A stretch of DNA of 64,000 nt from an uncultured Candidatus Binatia bacterium (lineage in GTDB: Bacteria; Desulfobacterota; Binatia; UBA9968; JAJDTQ01), in NCBI GenBank assembly GCA_965215605.1, contig OZ244070.1:320001-384000 (forward strand), given 5' to 3'. Numbering within the stretch: the first letter of the stretch is position 1; every line of letters starts with the position of its first letter. Below, piece after piece: positions 37,838 through 46,865 of this stretch. A program made the position numbers and the translations under genes. The notes beneath the pieces were generated by a model. The model did not search any database. It was given only the letters and a program-made list of their open reading frames with translations, and was not told the DNA's origin.

Positions 37838-40075
37838 ATGACGGGACTCTCGGACATCGTTCTCGGCGGCGGCGTTCCCTGGTGGTTGGCCGCGGCACTG
37901 GCGCTGGCCGCCGCGGGCTTCCTGACGCACCAGTTCCGGTTCCTGTACCGGAGCCTGGGACCCGGCAAGGCCTCGCTGCTGACGCTGCTGCGCGGCGTGG
38001 TCTACCTCCTGCTGCTGCTTTTTCTGCTGGGACCCGTGCGCACGGTGGAGGCGCCCACGTCCTTGCGGCGCCCGCTGGTGGTGCTGCTGGACACCTCCGA
38101 GAGCATGGCGCTCCCTTCCGGGAGCGGCGAGACCAGCCGGCTCGAGGCCGCAAAGGAAGTGCTGGCGGCCCCGGGCCTCGCGCTGGGACTGGCCGGGAAG
38201 TACGACCTCAAGCTCTACTCCTTCGACCGTGAAGCCGCCGCGCGGGAACCGGGCGGGCTCGCAGCCCTGGCGCCGGCGGGCGACGCCAGCCGGCTCTTCC
38301 ATGCCCTGGAACAGGTGACGGAACGTGAACCGGAAGCCGCCGGCGTGGTCGTGGTGTCCGACGGCATCGTCAATCCCGCGGATGCTCTCGAAGCGTTTCC
38401 GGGCCATCCCAAACCGGTCTTCGCCGTGGCGGTGGGACAGGCGGACGGCTTCAGGGACCTGCGCATCGCCGGCCTGCGGGTCCCGGAGCTGGCTTTCCGC
38501 GGCCGCGCCACCACCGTCGACTTCACCATCCAGGCGTTCGGCATGGCCGGCGTCCAGGTACCCCTCTACTTCAACCTCGGCCGGAATCTCATCTCCACCC
38601 ACCCCATCACCATCGACCGCGACGTCTACGAGAACCGCATCACCCTCAACTACACCCCGCGGGAGCTGGGCGCCCACGGCTTCACCCTGACGCTGCCCGA
38701 ACAGGGGGACGAAAGCATCGCCGGGAACAACCGCAAGGCGTTCCGGATGGAGGTGCGGCGCGACAAGATCCGGGTGCTGACCCTTTCGGGGTCACCCTCG
38801 TGGAACTACCGGTTCCTGCGGTTCGCGCTGAAGCAGGATCCGTTCCTGGATCTGGTGTCGTTCGTCTTCCTGCGCACCCCCAGCGACGTGGTGGACGTGC
38901 GCGAGAACGAGCTGAGTCTGATCCCGTTCCCCATCGACGAGATCTTCGTCGAGGAGCTCAAGAACTTCGACGTGCTGATCCTCGACGACTTCTCGCACCG
39001 CAACTACTTCAACCCGCTCTACTTCGAGAACATCCGGGATTTCGTGCGGGACGGCGGCGGCATCGCCATGCTCGGCGGAGCCCGGGCCTTCGACCGCGGC
39101 GGTTACCACGATACCGCCTTGAACCCGGTGCTGCCCGTGAAGCTCGACGGCCGCGGCGCCTTCCGGACCGGCGTGGCCGCCCGCGCCAGCCTGACGTCCG
39201 CCGGGAAGGCCCATCCCTTGACCCGGGTGTTCGCGGACCCCCAGGCCAACGAGGAAGCCTGGAGCGCCCTGCCGCCTCTCACCACCCTCAACGAGGTGGC
39301 GCAGGCCAACGGCGAAGTGTTGCTTTCGGCCCGGGTGGACTCCCGTCAGGCTCCCCTGCTCACGGTCGGCCGGTACCACGAGGGCCGGACGCTGGCTTTC
39401 GCCAGCGACGAGCTCTGGCGCTGGAACTTCGACGCGGTGGGCCGCAACCAGAACCCCCAGATCCATCTGAAGCTCATTCGGAACGGCGTGCGCTGGCTGG
39501 CGCGGGAACCCGCGTTCGACCAGGTGCAGATACTGGCGGTGGGGGGTTCGCGCCGGCCCGGAGAACCGATCGAGTTCCGCATCCGGGTGCTGCAGGACAA
39601 CCATGGACCAGCCGCGGACCCGATTCTCCAGGTGGTGGTGACGGGGCCGGAGGGCGAAGGGACGCCGCTGGAGGCCGCGGCCACCGGACAAGCCGGCGAG
39701 TACCGGGTCGAGTTCACGCCGCGCCTGGAAGGCCCCCACCGCATCGAGGTCCGGGCGGCATCGTCGACGAAGCCCTTGGGGAGCGCCGCCGCCAACTTCC
39801 TGGTGGCACTGCCGTCGGAGGAAAACGATGACGGCCGGCCGAGACCGGAGCTGCTGGAAGCCGTGGCAGCGCGCAGCCAAGGCCTGTTCACCCCGGTCGG
39901 TTCGTTGACGGACGCCCACTGGTCGGAGTTCGAGGAACGGATGGAACGAGCCGCTCCCTCCAGCATCGTTGCCCGAAGCCGCGTGGCCCTCTGGAACGAA
40001 CCGCTGCTGTTTACGCTCGTGCTGCTGCTGCTGGGAGCGGAGTGGTGGTTGCGCCGGACCTGGGGGCTCGTGTGA
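37838..40075 (+). CDS. Membrane-anchored vWA / glutamine-amidotransferase-like protein
   Basis: LLDTSESM, VVSDG, GSPSWNYRFLR, GGGIAMLGG, GRT..FASDELWRW and AEWWLRR motifs. Confidence 0.85.
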   Translation: MTGLSDIVLGGGVPWWLAAALALAAAGFLTHQFRFLYRSLGPGKASLLTLLRGVVYLLLLLFLLGPVRTVEAPTSLRRPLVVLLDTSESMALPSGSGETSRLEAAKEVLAAPGLALGLAGKYDLKLYSFDREAAAREPGGLAALAPAGDASRLFHALEQVTEREPEAAGVVVVSDGIVNPADALEAFPGHPKPVFAVAVGQADGFRDLRIAGLRVPELAFRGRATTVDFTIQAFGMAGVQVPLYFNLGRNLISTHPITIDRDVYENRITLNYTPRELGAHGFTLTLPEQGDESIAGNNRKAFRMEVRRDKIRVLTLSGSPSWNYRFLRFALKQDPFLDLVSFVFLRTPSDVVDVRENELSLIPFPIDEIFVEELKNFDVLILDDFSHRNYFNPLYFENIRDFVRDGGGIAMLGGARAFDRGGYHDTALNPVLPVKLDGRGAFRTGVAARASLTSAGKAHPLTRVFADPQANEEAWSALPPLTTLNEVAQANGEVLLSARVDSRQAPLLTVGRYHEGRTLAFASDELWRWNFDAVGRNQNPQIHLKLIRNGVRWLAREPAFDQVQILAVGGSRRPGEPIEFRIRVLQDNHGPAADPILQVVVTGPEGEGTPLEAAATGQAGEYRVEFTPRLEGPHRIEVRAASSTKPLGSAAANFLVALPSEENDDGRPRPELLEAVAARSQGLFTPVGSLTDAHWSEFEERMERAAPSSIVARSRVALWNEPLLFTLVLLLLGAEWWLRRTWGLV

Positions 40076-40142
40076 ACGAAGATCCCCGGAGGGCTGCGCA
40101 TGACGCTCCCGGTGCGGGCCACTGGATACTGGAGTTTCGGTC

Positions 40143-41066
40143 ATGACCACACACGTCTTTTCCGGCAATCCTCTGGACCGCGGCGACGTACAGCGTCGGG
40201 ACGAGGACTGGCTCACGCGGGCGGCCCGGGACCCCCGTTCCCGCTTCCTGCCGCTGTGGCAGCTCGACATCCTCCTGCGGAGCGGCGACCGGGCCGAGCT
40301 CGGTTGGGTGAAGCCCGCGAACATCGAAGGGATGGGGCTCGACGCCCCGCCGGTGTTTCTCGGCCTCATGGACGGCGCCGCCCACTTCGCGGTGGACGTC
40401 TCGGCGGTCTCCGAGCCGCTCCGGGAGCTGAACCTGGAGGAGCCGTGGAGCTTCGTGGAGGCCCGGGCCGCGGCCGCCCAGCTCAAGCCCCAGGAGGTGG
40501 GCATCCTGGCCCAGAGCAAGGCCCAGGTGGACTGGCATCGACGGCATCGCTTCTGCGGCATGTGCGGCGGCGCCACCGAGCAGGGGCGCGGCGGCCAGGT
40601 GCGCAAGTGCACCGCCTGCAACGCCGAGCACTTCCCCCGCACGGACCCCGTGGCCATCATGGTCGTCACCGACGGCGAACGCGCCCTGCTGGGCCAGTCC
40701 CGCGGACGCTTGGCGCGCTCCGGACGCTACTCCGCCCTGGCGGGCTTCATCGACCAGGCCGAGTGCATCGAGGAAGCGGTGCGCCGGGAAGTGAAGGAGG
40801 AAGCCGGCATCACCGTGGGCGAGGTGCGCTATCACTCCTCACAGCCCTGGCCCTTCCCCTCGTCGCTGATGATCGGCTGCCACGGCAAGGCGCTGACCAC
40901 GGACATCGCCATGGATGACGAGGAGATGACCGACGTACAGTGGTTCACGCGGGAGCAGGTGGTCTCCTCCCTGGCCGGCAAGAATCCGAACCTGCGGCTG
41001 CCGGACCCCGTGGCCATCGCCCACCACCTGATCCGGGCGTGGGCGGAGGGACGGGTGGTGTTCTAA
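40143..41066 (+). CDS. nudC: NAD(+) diphosphatase NudC
   Basis: Zn ribbon FCGMCG..CTAC, FPRTDP, Nudix box and SQPWPFPSSLM signature. Confidence 0.93.
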   Translation: MTTHVFSGNPLDRGDVQRRDEDWLTRAARDPRSRFLPLWQLDILLRSGDRAELGWVKPANIEGMGLDAPPVFLGLMDGAAHFAVDVSAVSEPLRELNLEEPWSFVEARAAAAQLKPQEVGILAQSKAQVDWHRRHRFCGMCGGATEQGRGGQVRKCTACNAEHFPRTDPVAIMVVTDGERALLGQSRGRLARSGRYSALAGFIDQAECIEEAVRREVKEEAGITVGEVRYHSSQPWPFPSSLMIGCHGKALTTDIAMDDEEMTDVQWFTREQVVSSLAGKNPNLRLPDPVAIAHHLIRAWAEGRVVF

Positions 41067-41115
41067 CGGCCTGCCGGACCGACCGGACGGCGCATGCCCA
41101 CAGGGGGACGATCCG

Positions 41116-42708
41116 ATGTCCAAGCCACGCATAGCGGTGTTTTCGGGCCCGCGGGCCACCATCGCCAACACGCCACCGCTCGTGACCAGCAACAAGGCCC
41201 GGGCGGCAGGCGAACGGCAATTGGACGGGCGGTTCGACCACCTCGTTCCGCAACGCCTGCACGAGCCGGTGCGGGTGCGCATCCAGAAGTTCAGCGCGCA
41301 CCCGCTGGAATCCGACGCCGCCGAGGTCTACCACGACGACGGGAAGCCGTACTACGAGGTGGAGTTGCGCCCGGAAGACGGCGCGTATCCGCTGCCCTAC
41401 ATGGCGCGGCGCGGCGACGGCTCCGAGGACGGCACGCCCTTCGAGGACAGCGACCAGCGTGACGCCAGCATCCGCTACGGCGGGAGACAGTCGTACTTCC
41501 CCGATGCGTCGCGGCTGTTCGAGGAGATCGACCGAGGGTTGAGCGGGCGCGGCCACGACGGCGCCGCCAGCGAGCTGGACCGGCTCGCCGAGTTCGACTT
41601 CGTGCGCGTGCTGCCCCCGTCAGGCTACACCAAACAGGGCGAGGTGGGCGGGCGCGACTTCTTCCCGTACAGTCCCAGGCCCCTGGGCAAGTTTCCGCCC
41701 AATGCGGCCATGGCCCGCGCGCTCAACATCGTCCAGCAAACCGTCGACTCGGGCCGCTACGACGGCTTCATCTGGCTGGAGGGCAGCCCGCACGTGGAGG
41801 AGACGCTCTACTGGCTGAGCGTCGTCGTGGACACGGACCTGCCCTTCGTGGGCATATCGTCACAGCGTCCCCACGGCGCGCTCGCCAACGACGGCGACCG
41901 CAACATCGTGGATGCGACGCGCTACATCGCGTCGGGCCTGGGCGCGGGCCTGGGCGCCGTCGGCATCGTCGACGAGCAGATCTTCGCGGCGCGGGCGTTC
42001 AAGAAGGGCGACGCCCGGCCGGGCGGCTACCGCGCCACGGGTGGACACGGCGGGGTGCTCGGCAGCGCGGGCCACGAGGTGCGCGTGTGGTTCCGCCCCG
42101 CCTACCGGACCACGGGCACGTCCGCACTGGCGGTGGCAAGCCTGCCCGCCGCGGTCACCTTTCAGGAATACGGCGACAGCCCCGGGACGGCGACCATCCC
42201 GATCAAGGATGCCGGCGGCTCGCTGCGCGGCGATGTCATCGCGCCGGTGCACGTGGTGAAGTACGGCCACTACATGGCAGAGGAAGACACCGCGGATCCG
42301 GAGGTGGAAGTGGATATCATGGCGCGCATCGAACGCGGGCTCGCGCAGGAAGCGTCTCCGGAACCCGGCGCGCCGAGGTTCCATGGCTTCGTATTGGAGG
42401 GGGCGGCGGGCACCGGCTCGGCGCTCCACAGCCAGATGGCAGCCCTCGCCGTCGCCGCCTGCAACGGCATGCCGGTGGTGCGGGTGAGCCGCGGCGACCC
42501 GGAGGGTGCCCTGCCCTCCAACCCCAACGATCTGACCATCGAAGGCAGCAACCTGGACGCCACCAAGGCGCGCGTGCTGCTGCGCGCGGCCATGCTGCGC
42601 CTGGGACGTTTGCCCAAGGCGCGGGACCCCCGCAAGCCGACGGCGCAAGAGCGTGAGGCGTTGCTCGCGGCGATTGCGCGCTACCAGGAGATATTCGACA
42701 CGCACTAG
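41116..42708 (+). CDS. Asparaginase/glutaminase-fold protein, divergent
   Basis: ATIAN, EGSPHVEET.YWL, SQRPHG...DGDRN, PVVRVSRG and NLDATKARVLL motifs. Confidence 0.65.
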   Translation: MSKPRIAVFSGPRATIANTPPLVTSNKARAAGERQLDGRFDHLVPQRLHEPVRVRIQKFSAHPLESDAAEVYHDDGKPYYEVELRPEDGAYPLPYMARRGDGSEDGTPFEDSDQRDASIRYGGRQSYFPDASRLFEEIDRGLSGRGHDGAASELDRLAEFDFVRVLPPSGYTKQGEVGGRDFFPYSPRPLGKFPPNAAMARALNIVQQTVDSGRYDGFIWLEGSPHVEETLYWLSVVVDTDLPFVGISSQRPHGALANDGDRNIVDATRYIASGLGAGLGAVGIVDEQIFAARAFKKGDARPGGYRATGGHGGVLGSAGHEVRVWFRPAYRTTGTSALAVASLPAAVTFQEYGDSPGTATIPIKDAGGSLRGDVIAPVHVVKYGHYMAEEDTADPEVEVDIMARIERGLAQEASPEPGAPRFHGFVLEGAAGTGSALHSQMAALAVAACNGMPVVRVSRGDPEGALPSNPNDLTIEGSNLDATKARVLLRAAMLRLGRLPKARDPRKPTAQEREALLAAIARYQEIFDTH

Positions 42709-42782
42709 CGCCCCACCGGGTTTGCATTGATAGTTCCACCACATCTCAATTATCATTTTCACCGAAACTCTAGTGTTCTCTT

Positions 42783-43304
42783 TTACCCCGGAGGCGCGCC
42801 GGCACCCGCGAGGATGTCCATGACCTCGGTGAAGCCGTACGACTCAGCCAACTCCAGAGGGGTGCGACCATACACCTTGTCGCGCGCATCCAGATCGGCG
42901 CCGGCGGCAAGCAGGACTCGAATGACCGCGGCGCGGCGTTCGGCGCAACGTTCCAAGTCTCGGTCCGAACAGACCGACCAATATCGGACAGCCTCGTGCA
43001 GTGCGGTGGCCTGAAACGGACAGCACCCGGGAACCCACTCACCGAACGCGTTCACGTCCGCGCCGGCGGCAAGCAGAGCTTCGATGACTTGGACAGTGCC
43101 ATTCCATACCGCGAGTTGCAGGACGGGAAATCCATCCATCCTGTCGTTCGGGTCTGCGCCGGCGGCAAGCAGGGCTTCGACGGCGCTGAGGTCCCCACGT
43201 TCGGCGGCATCGAACAACTCGCGGTCAGAGATACCAGGGTCACCACCAAGACTGGCAGGAGCCACGAAGACGAGCATAAGAACAATGGCGGCAAGAGCCT
43301 TCAT
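42783..43304 (-). CDS. Secreted ankyrin-repeat protein
   Basis: Signal peptide MKALAAIVLMLVFVAPASLG; three LLAAGAD repeats, TALHEA and GRTPLELA. Confidence 0.88.
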   Translation of the reverse strand: MKALAAIVLMLVFVAPASLGGDPGISDRELFDAAERGDLSAVEALLAAGADPNDRMDGFPVLQLAVWNGTVQVIEALLAAGADVNAFGEWVPGCCPFQATALHEAVRYWSVCSDRDLERCAERRAAVIRVLLAAGADLDARDKVYGRTPLELAESYGFTEVMDILAGAGAPPG

Positions 43305-43391
43305 GGAGTACTCTCCTTCTCCAAAGCGAACCACATCTATCCTTGTCGGCAAACGTCCCGCAAACTATAGTTGAGGCGCAGGAGGTTAACC

Positions 43392-44324
43392 ATGACCACC
43401 ACGCTCCGTTTCAGCGGCGCCATCCCGGCCAATCTGCTTCCCTTCAACGAGGACCTTTCCTTCGACGAGTTCAACTACCGGAGACATCTCTCATGGCTCG
43501 CGTCCGTGGACGGCGTCGACGCCATCGTGTGCAACGGTCACGCGGGCGAGGTGTCGTCGCTGGACCGGGAGGAACGGCGCCGGGCACTGGCCATCGCCGT
43601 CGACGAGGTGGGCGACCGGGTGGACCTCATCTCCGGCATCTACACGGACAACACCCTGGAAGCCGCCCAGCTCGCCAGGGACGCCAAGGCCGACGGCGCC
43701 GCCGGGCTGCTGATCTTTCCGCCGACGCTGTTCATGTGGGGCGCCCGGCTCCGGCCCGAGATGGCCGTCACCCACTTCGAGACCATCGCCGAAGCCACCG
43801 ACCTTCCGCTCATCGTGTTCGAGTATCCGCCCGCAAGCGGCATCGGCTACGCTCCCGAGACCCTGGCGCGTCTGGCGGAGATCGATCACGTGGTGGGGGT
43901 CAAGGACTGGAGCAACGACATGGTGGCCCTGGAGGCCAACCTGCGGGCGCTGCGCGGCACCGGCCGGCCCGTGGCCATGCTGAGCAGCTACACCATGTCC
44001 ATGTTCGCGAGCTACGTGCTGGGGGCCGACGGCTCCATCTCGGGAATGGGAAGCGTCACCGCGGACCTGCACGCCGACCTCTTCCGCGCGGTCCGGGACG
44101 GCGACCTGGAAGCCGGACGTCAACTCAACGACCGCTTGGCGCCGCTGGTGGAGGTGTTCTACGCGCCGCCCTTCGTGGACATGCACAACCGCATGAAGGA
44201 AGCGCTGGCAATGCTGGGACGCATCGACAAGGCGGTGGTGCGGCCGCCGCTGAAGCGCATCACGGACGAAGAGCGGGAGCGCATCCGCCGGGCGCTGCTC
44301 AAGTCGGGGCTGCTGCTACCGTAG
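43392..44324 (+). CDS. DHDPS-family protein
   Basis: LLPFNEDLS, CNGHAGE, LIVFEYP and GVKDWS motifs; AGGAGG RBS. Confidence 0.88.
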   Translation: MTTTLRFSGAIPANLLPFNEDLSFDEFNYRRHLSWLASVDGVDAIVCNGHAGEVSSLDREERRRALAIAVDEVGDRVDLISGIYTDNTLEAAQLARDAKADGAAGLLIFPPTLFMWGARLRPEMAVTHFETIAEATDLPLIVFEYPPASGIGYAPETLARLAEIDHVVGVKDWSNDMVALEANLRALRGTGRPVAMLSSYTMSMFASYVLGADGSISGMGSVTADLHADLFRAVRDGDLEAGRQLNDRLAPLVEVFYAPPFVDMHNRMKEALAMLGRIDKAVVRPPLKRITDEERERIRRALLKSGLLLP

Positions 44325-44352
44325 AAATCCGGTGGACCTGCGGCTGACTCCG

Positions 44353-44384
44353 GCCCCCTCTTTGGGAGGGGTTTGGGGTGAGGG
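44353..44384. repeat. Degenerate REP-like palindrome / hairpin between convergent genes
   Basis: CCCCTC-TTTGG-GAGGGG followed by TTTGGGGTGAGGG, resembling the GGGAGAGGGTTGGGGTGAGGG repeat family. Confidence 0.4.
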
Positions 44385-44390
44385 CACCGC

Positions 44391-45038
44391 CTACGACCAG
44401 CTATCCTGGTACACCCAGCGGTCGAGATTGTCGAAGAACTGGCGCCGCAACATGAGGCTCATCTCCACGGCGCGCACGATGCGGTCCTGGGTCTCGGGGT
44501 CGGTGGCGTACTTGACGAGCAGCTCGAAGGGATAGTTGCCGTGCTCTTCCTCGTCGTCGTGGATCTTCTGGTAGGGGCCGGTGACCCACTCGGGAACGGT
44601 GCCGGCCTCGAGGCTCTTGCCGATGAGGTAGTCGGCCACGCCCTCGCCGGCGAAGGGAAACGCGGCAATGCGCTCACAGGTACTGGTCAGCGCCTCGAAG
44701 CCGTTGAACATCGCCATCTGGGCGGGTAACGGCTTGTAATCGTAGGGCACCGCTCCCTTGCTCTTCAGGGCTTCGGAAAGATACTCGGCGTGGACGAATT
44801 CTTCGTAAATGGCTTCCGCCAGAATCGCCTTGACCTCGAGCTCCGGGGTGGTCTTGAGCCAAGTGCCGAAGACCTCGGCGGCGCGCACCTCGTTGAAGAG
44901 CCGGCTCTGCATCACCTTGATGCGCATCTCGTCGGTGGTAAGCGGGATGTAGCTGTAGGCAGGCAGGTTGTCGTCGAGGCCCTTGCAGAACTCGACCACC
45001 CGCGACTGTACCTTCTTGGCAAACTCGTGACTGTCCAT
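44391..45038 (-). CDS. Ferritin-like (diiron-carboxylate) protein
   Basis: E..., EEFVH, EGVAD and DEEEH ligand spacing in a helical 215-aa protein. Confidence 0.65.
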   Translation of the reverse strand: MDSHEFAKKVQSRVVEFCKGLDDNLPAYSYIPLTTDEMRIKVMQSRLFNEVRAAEVFGTWLKTTPELEVKAILAEAIYEEFVHAEYLSEALKSKGAVPYDYKPLPAQMAMFNGFEALTSTCERIAAFPFAGEGVADYLIGKSLEAGTVPEWVTGPYQKIHDDEEEHGNYPFELLVKYATDPETQDRIVRAVEMSLMLRRQFFDNLDRWVYQDSWS

Positions 45039-45172
45039 GAATGCTCCCTGTCCGGAACGCTCCGGCTCGGTTTGATTGCCGGAAATTGATAACAACCGAT
45101 AGGGCCAGCGTCAACCAAACCTCATGACGGCAGCGTCCGGGACAGGGGCCGCGGCGTCCTTCCGGCGTCCTG

Positions 45173-45334
45173 CTATTTCTTCAGGCCGAGGAACTTCTTG
45201 TATTGGTCCACGACTTGCGGCGGAGCCCCGGTCATGAGCTCGATGATACGGGCGACTTCCTTCCCCGAACACGGGGCGACCCTGATGCCCTGGCGCTTGG
45301 CTTCGCTGATGAACTTGGGGCTGGCCAAGGCCGG
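45173..45334 (-). pseudogene. C-terminal remnant of a TctC/Bug protein
   Basis: ALASPKFISEAKRQGIRVAPCSGKEVARIIELMTGAPPQVVDQYKKFLGLKK-stop resembles Bug C-termini (compare the end of 12237..13226); an in-frame stop lies just upstream. Confidence 0.6.
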
Positions 45335-45340
45335 TCAAGC

Positions 45341-45760
45341 TCAGAGAAGCTCTACGGAATTCTGTCGGCAGACATCCGCAAAGTCGGCGGGATTGAAGGT
45401 AAGGAGCGCGGCAACCGCTACGTTGGTGTCCTCGATGACGGAACGGAGCACGGCATCCACAAGGCTCAGCGGACGACCGCGACGGCCCAACTCAACGGTG
45501 GTTCGATAGGCGTCATCCCGATAAGGCGTGTCATCCAGCAGTTTCGTGTCAGGTTGCGTCACGACGGCATCGAATCTGGCCATGATCTCGCGTCGCCGAG
45601 CAAATCGGGTGTTGACAGCCTCGTACAACACCGGCCACGGCAGAACGATCGGCAACTCATCCAGCCACTCCCGTTTTCCTTGGGCGGCGGCATGGTGCAT
45701 GTCTCTCCCCTCATACAATGCAAAGAAGAATCCCGAATCAGGCAGTAACGCGCCCCTCAT
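45341..45760 (-). CDS. PIN-domain (VapC-like) ribonuclease
   Basis: LPDSGFFFAL..D.HH, VLYE, LSLVDA and LTFN.ADF motifs. Confidence 0.82.
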   Translation of the reverse strand: MRGALLPDSGFFFALYEGRDMHHAAAQGKREWLDELPIVLPWPVLYEAVNTRFARRREIMARFDAVVTQPDTKLLDDTPYRDDAYRTTVELGRRGRPLSLVDAVLRSVIEDTNVAVAALLTFNPADFADVCRQNSVELL

Positions 45761-46071
45761 GCGACGTCACCGGCATCTTCTTCGTCGTCACCGTTGTTAC
45801 CGAATCCCTCCCACGGCGCACTCTTGCGCCGCCCGAACAGGTAACGCCCCCTGCGATCGTGGATGATGTAGATTCGGGAACGCTTATCGAGCGAAACCGC
45901 GGCCCGTATGTCCTCTTTCAGGGCCGTTGCAAGATCGCCATCATGCGCGTACTTCAGGAAAGCGACGCTGGAACCGCATTCCCTTGCATCGTGGCTATCG
46001 AGCCATGAGTACATCCCCTCGTAATCGCCGTTTACTCCCAAATCATAGCTGAGCCAAATGATGCTTTTCAT
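45757..46071 (-). CDS. Hypothetical protein, possible Cas2/VapD-like fold, coupled to the PIN gene
   Basis: IWLSYDLGVNGDYEGMYSWLD...ECGSSVAF; acidic tail; ATGA overlap with the PIN start. Confidence 0.6.
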   Translation of the reverse strand: MKSIIWLSYDLGVNGDYEGMYSWLDSHDARECGSSVAFLKYAHDGDLATALKEDIRAAVSLDKRSRIYIIHDRRGRYLFGRRKSAPWEGFGNNGDDEEDAGDVA

Positions 46072-46131
46072 TTCCCGTCTCGGAAGCCGAATGAAGATCC
46101 TTGGGTAAGTGTATCCCCTCCGCCAGCGGGT

Positions 46132-46818
46132 TCAAGCGGGGGCTTTCGGCGTCCTCACTACCGCCACGAAGATCTGCGACTGCGGGCGGATCTGGACCGT
46201 GGACACCAGGGAGAACCCGGCTTCGGCCAGCAGCCACTTCCAGTCCTCGGCGGTGTACTTGTTGTGGAACGGGAACATGCGGAGCCAACCGGCGCGCTGG
46301 CCGTCCGGCGGCGCGCCACGGTGGCGGGGCCGGTCCTGGACGTACTGCGCCAGGGGCATGCGCACCCAGTCGTCGAGCAGGAACACGCCGCCGGGGCGAA
46401 GCACCCGTCGTACTTCCGCCAGCACCCCAAAGGGGTCGTCCAGGACGTGAAGCACCCCGGCCATGGAAACGAGGTCCACGCTGCCGGCGGCCAGCGGCAG
46501 CGGCTCCTTTTCGACGTCCTGCACCGTCAGGGCCGGCGGCGAGCCGTGGTAGCGCAACCCGCGGGCGTGCTCGATCATGGCCGCGCTGGCGTCGAAGCCG
46601 TAAAGGCGACTGTCCGGGTGGCGTTCGGAGAGGTCGCGCAGGTACAAGCCCGGACCGCAGCCCAAGTCCGCGATGGCGGGCTCGGCCGGAAGGTGCCGCC
46701 CGACGTTCGCCTTGAACACGGACCAGTACTGGTCGTTGAAGCGTCGCGGATAACGCTCCACCATGCGCTCGACGAACTCCGCGTCGGACGCGCCGCTGAT
46801 CTCCTGTTGGGTCGGCAT
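46132..46818 (-). CDS. Class I SAM-dependent methyltransferase
   Basis: Start MPTQQEIS. IADLGCGPG, GFDASAAM, SVDLV and RVLRPGG motifs. Confidence 0.88.
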   Translation of the reverse strand: MPTQQEISGASDAEFVERMVERYPRRFNDQYWSVFKANVGRHLPAEPAIADLGCGPGLYLRDLSERHPDSRLYGFDASAAMIEHARGLRYHGSPPALTVQDVEKEPLPLAAGSVDLVSMAGVLHVLDDPFGVLAEVRRVLRPGGVFLLDDWVRMPLAQYVQDRPRHRGAPPDGQRAGWLRMFPFHNKYTAEDWKWLLAEAGFSLVSTVQIRPQSQIFVAVVRTPKAPA

Positions 46819-46865
46819 GGATGGTCGCAGGTTCGGGAACGCCGCCCTCGCGGCGTCCTTCCGTC

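Noticed and set aside
45757-46071. cas2 of a CRISPR-Cas locus
   Set aside because: No cas1 or array nearby; the similarity is limited to an N-terminal YD motif, so it is treated as Cas2/VapD-like only.
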